A stretch of DNA of 64,000 bases from Candidatus Parcubacteria bacterium (GCA_023134715.1 JAGLUP010000003.1:2019-66018); one strand, 5' to 3'. Shown: positions 34,831 through 44,612, numbered from the stretch's first letter. Notes: a model not told the origin generated them from the letters alone. Numbers and translations: made by a program.

Positions 34831-35787
34831 TTAATCCTCATCAAACAATATTTTCATTATGGTCTTGGCTAATTTTTCAGAGTCGTGACGGATAAATCCT
34901 CTGGTTCTTAAAAAATTTTCCTCAATCACTTGAAAATTTTTATTTTTTCCTATTTGTTTTGGATTATATTCTACAAAACAAGCTTTTTCTTTTTCATATT
35001 TTACTACTCGCGCATTAGAGGGTTTTTTATTATTAAAAATAACATAGTTTAAAACATCTTTTCCTAAGTATTTTTCAATAGTTTCTATGAAATCTTGACC
35101 GTTAAAGTTGTTTGTCTCTCCCAATTTTGTCATTAAGTTGCAGATATAAATTTTTTTGGCTTTATTTCCTTGAATTACTTGCGGAATTCGCTTGACTAAC
35201 AGATTGGGAATAATACTGGTATATAAATCACCAGGTCCAATAATAATAAGATTTGCCTTTGTGATTGCTTGCAGAGCTCGTTTGTTTATTTTACATTCTG
35301 GTTTAAGAAAAACATTTTCTATTTTTAGATTGCTGTTGTGTTTAGGAATATCAATATTGGTTTCTCCTTTAATAATTTTTCCATTTTCTAATTGAGCAAA
35401 GAGACAGGCGTTGTCTAATGTAGAAGGAATTACCGCTCCTTTAATATTAAGAAGTTTGCCTGCTTCGGCAATAGCTTTTTCAAAATCACCATACATTTCA
35501 GATAAAGCAGTAATTAAGAGATTGCCAAAATTATGATTTTTTAAATTTCCTTGAGAAAATCTATGGTTAAATAAATTAGCAATTTTTTGTTCAGAATTAG
35601 AAAGAGCGATTAAAGCAGGCCTAACGCTTCCTGGCGGTAAAATCCCGAATTCCTCCATTAAGATTTTAGTAGAGCCGCCGTCATCAGCCATAGAAACAAT
35701 AGCCGAGAGATTTACCGGATATTTTTTCAAGCCAGACAATACTGTAAAAATCCCTGTGCCGCCGCCAATAACAACAACATTTTTCAT
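34831..35787 (-). CDS. YvcK/CofD-family protein (gluconeogenesis factor-like, UPF0052)
   Basis: 318 aa. VVIGGGTG, MADDGGSTK, PPGSVRPAL motifs. Confidence 0.8.
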   Translation of the reverse strand: MKNVVVIGGGTGIFTVLSGLKKYPVNLSAIVSMADDGGSTKILMEEFGILPPGSVRPALIALSNSEQKIANLFNHRFSQGNLKNHNFGNLLITALSEMYGDFEKAIAEAGKLLNIKGAVIPSTLDNACLFAQLENGKIIKGETNIDIPKHNSNLKIENVFLKPECKINKRALQAITKANLIIIGPGDLYTSIIPNLLVKRIPQVIQGNKAKKIYICNLMTKLGETNNFNGQDFIETIEKYLGKDVLNYVIFNNKKPSNARVVKYEKEKACFVEYNPKQIGKNKNFQVIEENFLRTRGFIRHDSEKLAKTIMKILFDED

Positions 35788-36383
35788 AGATTTTTTGTTT
35801 TAGCTAAAAGCCAGGTTTTTTTGTTTAGTTCAAGATATTTTTCAGGAACTATTTTTTTGATTGCCTGTAAAATTGAGTCGGGGCTTAAGGGAATTAAATT
35901 TTTAAAGCAAGCCAAAGAGATTAAAAAAACTCCGGCTGTCACAGGGGTTCCAGTTTGTTTTTTACAAAGAGCTGAAGCTGGGATTAAAATTGTTTCCTGG
36001 GAAAATTTTTCCAAGTTTTTTAAAATAGCGCTTTTTCCCAATAATTTTTTACCGGGAATCGGGATAAAAAAATCATTCACTAAAAAAATTGTCTTTGCTT
36101 GTTTTGAAGCGTAATAACAGGCCTTTAATGTTTCCTGCATTTCTAAAGCAATTACTAAATCTGCGCTTCCTTGTTTCACTAAAGGAGAAAAAATTTCTTT
36201 GCCAAAACGCAAATGAACCTCAACCGAGCCGCCTCGTTGAGATAAACCGTGAAGCTCAGAGGTTTTAATATCTTTTCCTTCTATCAAAACTGCTTGGCTG
36301 ATGATTTTAAGAATTGTAATCAGCCCCTGGCCGCCAGTTCCAACAATTACGATATTAAATTGATTTTTTGTTATATGTTCCAT
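35784..36383 (-). CDS. iorB: indolepyruvate/2-oxoacid:ferredoxin oxidoreductase, beta (gamma-like) subunit
   Basis: 199 aa. IVGTGGQGLITILKII...HGLSQRGGSV. Confidence 0.75.
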   Translation of the reverse strand: MEHITKNQFNIVIVGTGGQGLITILKIISQAVLIEGKDIKTSELHGLSQRGGSVEVHLRFGKEIFSPLVKQGSADLVIALEMQETLKACYYASKQAKTIFLVNDFFIPIPGKKLLGKSAILKNLEKFSQETILIPASALCKKQTGTPVTAGVFLISLACFKNLIPLSPDSILQAIKKIVPEKYLELNKKTWLLAKTKNL

Positions 36384-36393
36384 GTTCTATGTT

Positions 36394-38061
36394 TTATGTT
36401 TTTAGTCGGACGCAGGGACGGCGGGCGATAATTACGGAAACCTCTTTTTTATTTAAAAATTCTTTAATAGTTTTTTCCATTTCTTTTGTATTTATCGGGT
36501 CAATAACTTTCAAGCTTTTAACTCCGCAGGCGCTAACAATATTTTCAATTTTTATTGTATCTGCGCCTCCTGGATGCGGCTGCTGTCCGGTCATTGCCGT
36601 GGTGCTGTTATTCATAATAATTATTAAAGGATTTGATTTGTTGAAAATAGTATTAATTAACGCGGGAATGCCTGAGTGGAAAAAAGATGAATCACCAATA
36701 AAAGTAATTAATTTTTGCTTGCTAATGCGTTTAATGCCGTGAGCAATTCCTATTGAGGAGCCCATACAGTAAAGATAATCTTGAATATTATGAGGAGGGA
36801 ATCCAGCTAACATATAGCAGCCGATTCCTCCGCCAAAAATTGTTCCTTTCGGAGCAGCTTTTTTAACTGCTGAAAATACAAACCAGTAGGGGCAGCCCGG
36901 ACAAAGGTTAGGATGGCGCTTGGCCAATTTTATTTTCTTGAATTTTTGAATATGCTTTTGAAAATTAAGATTTACTTTTTTGCCTGTGATTTCAGAAATA
37001 GCTGAAATTACATATTCTGGCTTGAGCTCTCCGACCTCCGGTAAAACATTTTTCCCAAAAATTTCTATAGATGAGTTTGCTTTTCTGGCTAAAATTTCAA
37101 TTTCTCTTTCAAGATAAGGGTCAAGTTCTTCAACTATTAAAACTTTTTTTAATCTGCCAATAAATTTTTGTATTTTTTTATTTGGCAAAGGGTGAAAAAA
37201 TCCTAATTTTAAAACAGGCAAAGAAATGTTTAGTTCTTTTAAGGCCTCCATTACATATAAATAAGAAGCTCCAGAAGCAATTATCCCAACCTTAGAAGCA
37301 AAGGAGACCCGACCTCCTTTATTCATGAAGGAGGTCGGGTCTCCTGTTTTAATTTTGTTGAGGGTGCTTTTTTCAGAAAATTCTCTTATTTTTTCAATTT
37401 TTTCCAAAAGTTCTTGATGCATTTCTAAAACCCTGGGCGGCATTGTTGAGAATTGGTGGACATTTTTGACAAATTTTGCTTTTATTTTTCCTTTTTTGAT
37501 TTTTTCTAAAACAACTGGCGCTGATTGGTGGGAAACTCTGGTTGTTTCTCTAATCATTATTGGAATTTTAAATTTTTCAGAAAGCTCAAAAGCAAATTTA
37601 GTAAAGTCTTTACACTCTTGAGGAAAAGAAGGTTCTAAAATTGGAATATGAGAGAGCGAAGCAAAACCACGGGTGTTTTCTTCTGATTGGGCCGAACTCC
37701 AACAACTGGGGTCGTCAGCTATTAAGATTACCATTCCTCCTTTAATGCCAGTATAAACCAATGGCAGCAAAAAGTCAGAAGCAACGTTTAAGCCAAAATT
37801 TTTCATTGCTACTAAAGTTCTTAAACCGCAAAAAGAAGCTCCGGCTGCCGCTTCCATTGCTGTTTTTTCATTTGTAGAGAATTCAAAAACTACTCCTGCT
37901 TTTTTAGCGATTTTATAAAAGGTGTTTCCAATTTCTGAAGCAGGAGTGCCAGGATAAGTTGAAACAAATTGAACTCCAGCTTCCAACGCTCCTCTTACAA
38001 TCGCCTCATTACCTAAAAGCATTATTTCCTTGCCTTGTTTGTTTTCTAAAATTTCTTCCAT
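36394..38061 (-). CDS. iorA: indolepyruvate ferredoxin oxidoreductase alpha-like subunit (TPP-binding)
   Basis: 555 aa. LLGNEAIVRGALEAGV...YPGTPASEI, CPGCPY, GDSSFFHSG. No ferredoxin-type Cys clusters seen at the C-terminus. Confidence 0.75.
   Translation of the reverse strand: MEEILENKQGKEIMLLGNEAIVRGALEAGVQFVSTYPGTPASEIGNTFYKIAKKAGVVFEFSTNEKTAMEAAAGASFCGLRTLVAMKNFGLNVASDFLLPLVYTGIKGGMVILIADDPSCWSSAQSEENTRGFASLSHIPILEPSFPQECKDFTKFAFELSEKFKIPIMIRETTRVSHQSAPVVLEKIKKGKIKAKFVKNVHQFSTMPPRVLEMHQELLEKIEKIREFSEKSTLNKIKTGDPTSFMNKGGRVSFASKVGIIASGASYLYVMEALKELNISLPVLKLGFFHPLPNKKIQKFIGRLKKVLIVEELDPYLEREIEILARKANSSIEIFGKNVLPEVGELKPEYVISAISEITGKKVNLNFQKHIQKFKKIKLAKRHPNLCPGCPYWFVFSAVKKAAPKGTIFGGGIGCYMLAGFPPHNIQDYLYCMGSSIGIAHGIKRISKQKLITFIGDSSFFHSGIPALINTIFNKSNPLIIIMNNSTTAMTGQQPHPGGADTIKIENIVSACGVKSLKVIDPINTKEMEKTIKEFLNKKEVSVIIARRPCVRLKT
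37302..37345. repeat. 18-bp perfect palindrome of the GACCCGACC family inside the iorA coding sequence
   Basis: AGGAGACCCGACCTCCTT-tattcatg-AAGGAGGTCGGGTCTCCT. Read in frame on the minus strand as TGDPTSFMNKGGRVSF. Confidence 0.85.
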
Positions 38062-38071
38062 ATAATTTATT

Positions 38072-39880
38072 TTATTCCACGGTTACGCTTTTTGCTAAAT
38101 TTCTTGGCTTGTCTATGTCTAAGCCAAGCTCAAGACCTAAATAAGCGGCGAATAAATGCAAAGGAATGGCCGCTAAAATAGGGGTTAGCATTTCTAATGT
38201 TTTTGGGATATAGATAACATCATCGGCTAAGTTTTTAATTTCTTGATTTTTTTCAGTAGTAATAGCAATTACTAATCCTTTTCTGGCTTTAATTTCTTCT
38301 ATTGCATTTTTCATTTTATCATAAACTGAATCATAAGGACAGAGGCAAACTGTAGGAAAATTTTCATCAATTAAAGCGAGCTGACCGTGTTTTATTTCGC
38401 CGGCAGGCATTCCTTCGGCATGAATTTTCCATGCAATTTCTTTTAATTTTAATGCTCCTTCTAAAGCAATAGGATAATTATATTTTCTTCCTAAAAAGAA
38501 AAAGTTTTTATATTCAGAATATTTTTCAGCCAATTCTTTTATTTTATCAGCTTGTTCTAATGTTTTTTTAGCTAGCTCAGGTAATTTTTGCAATTCGTTT
38601 AGAATTTTTTTGCCGGTTACTAAGTCCATTTCTCTTTGTCTGCCCAAGGCAACCGTAATAAGAACTAAAATACATAGTTGAGAGATAAAGGATTTAGTGG
38701 CAGCCACGCCGATTTCAGGCCCAATTCGATTATAGACCCCAGCGTCAGTTTCTCGAGCGATTGAAGACCCAACTGCATTAACTATTCCTAAAGTTAAGCA
38801 TTTTTTTCTTTTTGCTTCTTTTATTGCTTCTAATGTGTCAGCTGTTTCTCCAGATTGAGAAATGGCTAAAACAGCTGTTTTTTCATCTAAAATTGGTTTT
38901 TTATAGCGAAATTCTGAAGATATTTCTGTTTTTATTGGCAGGCCAATATATTCTTCAAACATATACTCTCCAACTTGAGCCGCGTGTTGGGCCGTGCCGC
39001 AGCCAATAAGAGTTATTTTTTCTATTTTTTTTAATCTATCTAAAACCTCTTCTAGCCCTCCTAATTTAACCAACCCTTTATCTGGAATTATTCTTCCAGC
39101 TATGCTTTTTTCAATTGATTCAGGTATTTCAAAAATTTCTTTCAGCATAAAATGGGAAAATTCTTTTTTCTCTGCTTCCTCAATTTTCCATTCAATTTTT
39201 TCTATAGGTTTTTCTTTTAAAATAAAAAAATCATTAGGCGAGATTACGGCTATTTCATTGTCGTCTAAAGTAATTACCTGCCGAGTATGAGAAACTATAG
39301 CAGATGGATCTGACGCCACTAAAAATTCGTTATGGTTAATTCCTAATAACAACGGAGAACCAAGTTTTGCCGCTACTAATTTTTCAGGGTCTTTTTTAGA
39401 AATTACAGCAATTCCATAAGTTCCTCTAAGTTTTTTTAATGTTTTTCTTACTGCTTCTTCTAAGTTGTTTTGAAAGTGTTTTTCAATTAAATGAGCAATA
39501 ACTTCAGAGTCAGTTTCTGAAGAAAATTTATGTCCTTCAGAAATTAATTTTTCCTTTAGCTTTTTATAATTCTCAATAATTCCGTTATGAACAACAAAAA
39601 TATTTTTTTGACAGTCAAAATGCGGATGCGCGTTAGCGTCAGTAACAGCGCCGGTAGTCGCCCAACGAGTATGACCAATGCCTAAATTTCCTTTAATATT
39701 TTTCTGTGATTTATTTTTATATTCAGAAATTTTTCCTGTTTTTTTCAACAAAAAGTCATTATTTTTTCCTAAAATAAAAAAGCCAAAAGAGTCATACCCT
39801 CTGTACTCTAATTTTTTTAATCCTGAAAGCAAAATCGGAAAAGCATTTTTTTTACCAATGTAGCCAATAATCCCACACAT
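38072..39880 (-). CDS. glmS: glutamine--fructose-6-phosphate aminotransferase
   Basis: 602 aa. MCGIIGY start, two SIS domains, C-terminal KSVTVE. Confidence 0.95.
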   Translation of the reverse strand: MCGIIGYIGKKNAFPILLSGLKKLEYRGYDSFGFFILGKNNDFLLKKTGKISEYKNKSQKNIKGNLGIGHTRWATTGAVTDANAHPHFDCQKNIFVVHNGIIENYKKLKEKLISEGHKFSSETDSEVIAHLIEKHFQNNLEEAVRKTLKKLRGTYGIAVISKKDPEKLVAAKLGSPLLLGINHNEFLVASDPSAIVSHTRQVITLDDNEIAVISPNDFFILKEKPIEKIEWKIEEAEKKEFSHFMLKEIFEIPESIEKSIAGRIIPDKGLVKLGGLEEVLDRLKKIEKITLIGCGTAQHAAQVGEYMFEEYIGLPIKTEISSEFRYKKPILDEKTAVLAISQSGETADTLEAIKEAKRKKCLTLGIVNAVGSSIARETDAGVYNRIGPEIGVAATKSFISQLCILVLITVALGRQREMDLVTGKKILNELQKLPELAKKTLEQADKIKELAEKYSEYKNFFFLGRKYNYPIALEGALKLKEIAWKIHAEGMPAGEIKHGQLALIDENFPTVCLCPYDSVYDKMKNAIEEIKARKGLVIAITTEKNQEIKNLADDVIYIPKTLEMLTPILAAIPLHLFAAYLGLELGLDIDKPRNLAKSVTVE

Positions 39881-39919
39881 TATTTAATTCTACCCTAACC
39901 AGTCAAAGAAATCAAAACA

Positions 39920-40009
39920 TTGACAAATCCATTAAAACAGGTAAGTTAAAACTACGAGAGAGTTCGCTCTTTCAAAATTTAATTTAAACAAAAACGAGGT
40001 GAATGAAAA
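39920..40009 (+). promoter_or_regulatory. leader cassette copy 1: TTGACA-N16-TAAGTT promoter, GAGAGAG-UUCG-CUCUUUC hairpin, GAGGTGA RBS
   Basis: About 80% identical to the copies at 41046 and 41526. Hairpin at 39956..39973. Confidence 0.6.
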
Positions 40010-41020
40010 ATGGAAGAATTTATACAAAAATTAACAGATGGCAAAAATCTAACTACAAAGGAGTCCGAAAAAGTAATGGAGATTATTATGTCTGGAAAGG
40101 CAACATGCGCGCAGATTAAATCTTTTTTAAGATTGTTAGATGAGAAAGGCGAAACATCTAAAGAGATTGCGGGTTTTGCAAAAATTATGCGAAAATTTGC
40201 AGAAACAATAAAGCCAGAGGTTGATAGAATGCTGGTTGATATGTGCGGGACAGGCGGTGATGCGCTTAAGACATTTAATATATCAACAACCTCAATGTTT
40301 ATCGTCGCGGCTTGCGGGATTCCTGTTGCAAAGCACGGGAACAGGGCGATAACATCCAAATGCGGAAGCGCCGACGTGCTTGAGGAATTAGGGATTAATC
40401 TAAATTTAAGTTTTGGAAAAATCAAAGAGGGAATTGAAAAAGTAGGAATAGGATTTATGTTTGCGCCCGCTCACCACTTAGCGATGAAGCATGTCATGCC
40501 TGCGCGACAAGAACTTAATATGAGAACGGTTTTTAATATACTTGGGCCGCTTACCAATCCGGCGAATGCAAACGCTCAAGTGATGGGAGTTTTCAATTCC
40601 AATCTTACGGAAACGCTTGCCGAGGTTTTTAGGATATTAGGGATTGAAAGGGCAATGGTCGTTCACGGTGAGCCGGGTCTTGATGAGATATCAACTATGG
40701 GAGAGACGAAAATTTCAGAATTATATAAAGGGAGGATTGAAACTTACCATATAATGCCTGAGGATTTTGGTTTACGCAGAGCAAAAGAAAAAGATTTAGT
40801 TGGTCGTAGTACAACAAAGAATGCGAGAATTTTAAAGAGTATTCTCAGAGGAGAGGATGCGGGCCCAAGAACAGATATTGTTCTTTTGAATTCTGCAGCC
40901 GGAATTGTGCTTGGAGGAAGAGCAAAGAATTTAAACCATGGTTTGAATATAGCGAGGGATGTGTTGGATAGAGGCGAGGCCTATGAGAAACTTCGGGAAT
41001 TTATTGAATTTGCAAGATAA
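40010..41020 (+). CDS. trpD: anthranilate phosphoribosyltransferase
   Basis: 336 aa. CGTGGDALKTFNIST, AKHGNRAITSKCGSADVLEELG motifs. Terminator ACATGGG-GCAA-CCTATGT+T8 at 41020..41044. Confidence 0.8.
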   Translation: MEEFIQKLTDGKNLTTKESEKVMEIIMSGKATCAQIKSFLRLLDEKGETSKEIAGFAKIMRKFAETIKPEVDRMLVDMCGTGGDALKTFNISTTSMFIVAACGIPVAKHGNRAITSKCGSADVLEELGINLNLSFGKIKEGIEKVGIGFMFAPAHHLAMKHVMPARQELNMRTVFNILGPLTNPANANAQVMGVFNSNLTETLAEVFRILGIERAMVVHGEPGLDEISTMGETKISELYKGRIETYHIMPEDFGLRRAKEKDLVGRSTTKNARILKSILRGEDAGPRTDIVLLNSAAGIVLGGRAKNLNHGLNIARDVLDRGEAYEKLREFIEFAR

Positions 41021-41045
41021 CATGGGGCAACCTATGTTTTTTTTA

Positions 41046-41136
41046 TTGACAAATTTAGAAAAACAGGTAAGTTAAAACTACGAGAGGGCGTTGCTCTTTC
41101 CAAACTTAATTTGAATGAAATGAGGTGAATGAAAAA
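41046..41136 (+). promoter_or_regulatory. leader cassette copy 2
   Basis: TTGACAAATTTAGAAAAACAGGTAAGTTAAAACTACGAGAGGGCGTTGCTCTTTCC...GAGGTGAATGAAAAAATG. Hairpin at 41082..41100. Confidence 0.6.
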
Positions 41137-41493
41137 ATGGGAATAGCTAAATTCATATCAGACGCAAGAAAGGAAGATAATAAAAGATTGGAAGAGCAAA
41201 TAGCAAGAAATTTATTGATAAACTGGCATCGCGCGCTGGAAGAAAGCAACGAAACCGATGTAAAATGGTATATCCAAGAAGAATCGGTTGAAGTGTTAAA
41301 AAGAATAGCTGGAATGGACGTGGAGTCGCCAGTAAAAAAGTTGGTAGAGAAAGAGCTTTTGCGCAGGAGAAAGGAGCAATTGGATAATAAGCAGGAGCAA
41401 AGGATGAGAAAAAGAGAATTAAAAGTGAAGAGAGCAAGAGAAACAGGAGGAAAGACGGTGATAGGCGGTAAATGTTGCGCTAACGTAAAATAA
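41137..41493 (+). CDS. hypothetical 118-aa K/E/R-rich protein
   Basis: Start set to the ATG 7 nt after GAGGTGA (MGIAKFISD...); the track uses an upstream GTG. No recognised domain. Own terminator at 41493..41525. Confidence 0.55.
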   Translation: MGIAKFISDARKEDNKRLEEQIARNLLINWHRALEESNETDVKWYIQEESVEVLKRIAGMDVESPVKKLVEKELLRRRKEQLDNKQEQRMRKRELKVKRARETGGKTVIGGKCCANVK

Positions 41494-41525
41494 CCTGGGA
41501 ATTAATCTCAGGTCTTTTATTTTTG

Positions 41526-41622
41526 TTGACAAATTTGGGAAAGCGAGTAAAGTAAAATCACTGAGAGAGCATTGCTCTTTCCAAATTTAATTGATGAAAA
41601 ACAAAAATAGGTGAATGAAAAA
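41526..41622 (+). promoter_or_regulatory. leader cassette copy 3
   Basis: TTGACAAATTTGGGAAAGCGAGTAAAGTAAAATCACTGAGAGAGCATTGCTCTTTCC...AGGTGAATGAAAAAATG. Hairpin at 41563..41581. Confidence 0.6.
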
Positions 41623-42057
41623 ATGGACACAATAGTTCAAACTGGACTTAAGAAAGGAGAAGAGGATAGAAAAAGAAAAAAAGAAGAAAAGAAAAAACCG
41701 GAAGAAAAAAAAAGGTTTTTGAAAGAAGACGCAAAAAAATTAATCAGAACGGAAAAGGAAGTGAGGAAAGCGATAAAGATAATAAGAGCGAGGGAGCAAG
41801 AACTACTTACAGAGGAAGAATTCAAAACAGCGATGGGCAAAATTTCAGAAGATGCTCTTAGAAAATTGGCTAAGGGTGAAGAGTTTATGGCTGGTCCTGC
41901 GTTAGAGTCTCTTTGCGCAAAGGGAAAAATGGACCCTGAAGTACTTTTAACAAATCCGAATCTAAGTATTAGAAAGATAGGCGCGAAGATACTTAGGCAG
42001 GTTTTTGAAACTGTGAGCAAAAAGGCTGAATTTAAAAATCGCCTTGGGGCGATTTAA
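41623..42057 (+). CDS. hypothetical 144-aa protein, very K/E-rich N-terminus with a helical-repeat-like C-terminus
   Basis: Start set to the ATG after the RBS (MDTIVQTGL...). No recognised domain. Terminator GACCTAA-TTCAAC-TTAGGTC at 42076..42106. Confidence 0.55.
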   Translation: MDTIVQTGLKKGEEDRKRKKEEKKKPEEKKRFLKEDAKKLIRTEKEVRKAIKIIRAREQELLTEEEFKTAMGKISEDALRKLAKGEEFMAGPALESLCAKGKMDPEVLLTNPNLSIRKIGAKILRQVFETVSKKAEFKNRLGAI

Positions 42058-42097
42058 GAGACATATTTGTTTAATGACCTAATTCAACTTAGGTCTT

Positions 42098-42682
42098 TTA
42101 TTTTTGTTTCATTACTGCTTCAATCGCTTCAACTGTTTGTTTCATAATTTGTTTAACAATTTTTTCTTCGTCTTTTGTGAATTTTTCCAGAACAAAATTT
42201 TCAGCACCAGGGAACGGTCTATATGACTGCTCGGGTTTTATTCCGAGGCGGAAGCGGGTAAAGTTTTTTGTTTTAATTTCGTCAATTATTGATTGGACTC
42301 CTTTATGGCCGGCAGAGCGACTATCTTGAGAAATTTTTATTTTTCCTAAAGGCAAATCTAAATCGTCATGTATTACTATAATATCTGAGCTTTTAATTTT
42401 ATAAAAAGCAATTAGAGATTTGACCGCTTGTCCAGAATTATTCATAAATGTCTGAGGTTTTGCCAAGATAATTTTTTCTCCACTCAAAACAGCCTTAGAA
42501 ATCAAAGCATTATTTTTTTTTGCTTGTCCGCCGAAGCCTCGGCGAAGGCGGAATAATTCAAAAACAGGAAAATCATTTTTCTTTCTAAATTCGTCAATAA
42601 CTTGAAAACCAAAATTATGCCGGGTTTTTTGATATTTTTCCTCAGGATTCCCTAATCCTATGATTAAAATTGATTGCTTCAT
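42098..42682 (-). CDS. pth: peptidyl-tRNA hydrolase
   Basis: 194 aa. GLGNPEEKYQKTRHNFGF, IVIHDDLDLPLGKIK, GHKGVQSI motifs. Confidence 0.9.
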   Translation of the reverse strand: MKQSILIIGLGNPEEKYQKTRHNFGFQVIDEFRKKNDFPVFELFRLRRGFGGQAKKNNALISKAVLSGEKIILAKPQTFMNNSGQAVKSLIAFYKIKSSDIIVIHDDLDLPLGKIKISQDSRSAGHKGVQSIIDEIKTKNFTRFRLGIKPEQSYRPFPGAENFVLEKFTKDEEKIVKQIMKQTVEAIEAVMKQK

Positions 42683-42734
42683 TATTTTATTATAACCTAT
42701 TTGTAAAATAAAAAAAACTTGCTATAATATAAGA

Positions 42735-43307
42735 ATGAAAATAATAAAAGAAACATTAGGTTTTACATGGGAAGTTGTTAAAATAGCGGTTATTGCCGCG
42801 GTAATAGTTATTCCCATTCGTTATTTTATATTCCAGCCCTTTGTTGTAAAAGGCGCTTCTATGCAGCCGAATTTTTTTGATAAAGATTATTTAATTGTAG
42901 ATGAAATTTCTTATCGTTTCCGTCCGCCAGAGAGAGGTGAAGTAATAATTTTTAATTATCCCCAAAATCCTTCTCAACGTTTTATAAAAAGAATTATTGG
43001 ATTACCCGGAGAAACTGTAGAGATAAGCAATGGCAAGATAGTAATTTTTAAAGATGATTATTATTGGATTTTAGACGAAACAAATTATATTCCTGAATCT
43101 TTACTCAAAGATACTGAAATATTTTTAAACGAAGGTGAATATTTTGTTTTAGGAGATAACAGGGAGCATTCTTTTGATTCAGAAGATTGGGGCGCTTTGC
43201 CTAAAGATTATATTATTGGGCGGGTTATTTTAAGAGCCCTGCCTTTTGATTCGTTGACAAAAATTGAAATTCCTAATTATTTATTAATAAAATTTGTAAA
43301 TCCTTAA
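42735..43307 (+). CDS. lepB: signal peptidase I
   Basis: 190 aa. GASMQPNF, RGEVIIF, FIKRIIGLPGE, GDNREHSFDS. Confidence 0.9.
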   Translation: MKIIKETLGFTWEVVKIAVIAAVIVIPIRYFIFQPFVVKGASMQPNFFDKDYLIVDEISYRFRPPERGEVIIFNYPQNPSQRFIKRIIGLPGETVEISNGKIVIFKDDYYWILDETNYIPESLLKDTEIFLNEGEYFVLGDNREHSFDSEDWGALPKDYIIGRVILRALPFDSLTKIEIPNYLLIKFVNP

Positions 43308-43318
43308 GCTATTTTTAT

Positions 43319-44608
43319 ATGTCAAAAAAGCCAAAATTTCAAACTCTTACAGGAATGCATGATATTTTAGGAGAAGAACAAAAATATTTTCAAAAAATAT
43401 ACAGTGTTGTTGAAAACATTGCTCAGTTTTATGGATTTCAGAAAATAGAGACGCCAATTTTAGAAGAAACAGAGCTTTTTTCAAAAGGCACTGGTTCAAG
43501 CACTGATGTTGTTCAAAAGGAAATGTATAGCTTTAGAACCAAGGGGGGCGATTATGTGAGTTTAAGGCCGGAGGGCACCCCTTCTATTGTTCGGGCATAT
43601 ATTGAACATGGTATGATTAGTCGTCCTCAGCCAGTAAAGCTTTATCATAATGTCGCACCCTTTTTTCGTTATGAGCGGCCTCAAGCAGGACGTTATCGCG
43701 AGTTTCATCAGTTTGACTTTGAGGTTTTAGGAGAAAAGAATTCAGTGATTGATGTTCAACTTATTCAAATTGGCTATAACATTTTAAAAGAACTTGGCCT
43801 TAAAGATTTGATTATAGAAATAAACAGCATCGGCGATGCCCAATGCCGCCCTTATTACAAAAAATCTTTAGTAAACTATCTTAGAAAACACCAAGTCGTT
43901 TTATGCGCTGACTGCAAGAGACGGTTAAAAGAGAATCCGTTAAGGATCTTAGATTGTAAAAAAGAGAAATGCCAAGAACTTGTAAATACTGCTCCTCAAA
44001 TAATTGACTATCTTTGCGAAGAATGCCATAATTATTTTAAAGAGGTTTTAGAATTTTTAGACGAGCTGGATTTGCCTTATCGTTTGAATCCTTTTTTAGC
44101 TCGTGGATTAGATTATTATACAAAAACAGTTTTTGAAATTTTTGAAGAAACTGAAGAAGGGAAAAAACAAGGAATTTTAATAGCAGGAGGAAGATACGAT
44201 GGTTTGATTAAGCTTTTAGGAGGCAAAGACGCGCCAGCATGCGGAATGGCAGGGGGCGTTGAGCGGATTATGAATATAATGAAGAATGCGGAGGTAAAAA
44301 TTACTCAAAGTTCTCCACCTAAAATATTTTTGGCGCAGTTAGGAGAATTGGCTAAAAAAAGGTCATTAAAGCTTTTAGAAGAATTCAGGAAAGCTAAAAT
44401 TCCTGTTGCCGAATCTTTAAGCAGAGATAGTTTAAAAATACAGTTAGGTATAGCTGATAAATTGGGAACAGAATATACTTTGATTTTAGGACAAAAAGAG
44501 GCACTTGAGCAATCAGTGATTGTACGAGAAATGACAACAGGAAGACAAAAAACAGTGAAGTTAGATAATGTAATAGCAGAAATGAGAAAGAGATTAAAGA
44601 AGTCTTAA
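43319..44608 (+). CDS. hisS: histidine--tRNA ligase
   Basis: 429 aa. GMHDIL, LRPEGTPS, FRYERPQAGRYREFHQ, GGRYDGL. Confidence 0.95.
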   Translation: MSKKPKFQTLTGMHDILGEEQKYFQKIYSVVENIAQFYGFQKIETPILEETELFSKGTGSSTDVVQKEMYSFRTKGGDYVSLRPEGTPSIVRAYIEHGMISRPQPVKLYHNVAPFFRYERPQAGRYREFHQFDFEVLGEKNSVIDVQLIQIGYNILKELGLKDLIIEINSIGDAQCRPYYKKSLVNYLRKHQVVLCADCKRRLKENPLRILDCKKEKCQELVNTAPQIIDYLCEECHNYFKEVLEFLDELDLPYRLNPFLARGLDYYTKTVFEIFEETEEGKKQGILIAGGRYDGLIKLLGGKDAPACGMAGGVERIMNIMKNAEVKITQSSPPKIFLAQLGELAKKRSLKLLEEFRKAKIPVAESLSRDSLKIQLGIADKLGTEYTLILGQKEALEQSVIVREMTTGRQKTVKLDNVIAEMRKRLKKS

Positions 44609-44612
44609 TTTT

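Noticed and set aside
39881-39919. glmS ribozyme upstream of glmS
   Set aside because: Only about 40 nt separate the glmS start from the divergent trpD promoter, which is far too short for the ~170-nt ribozyme. No conserved core sequence was recognised either.
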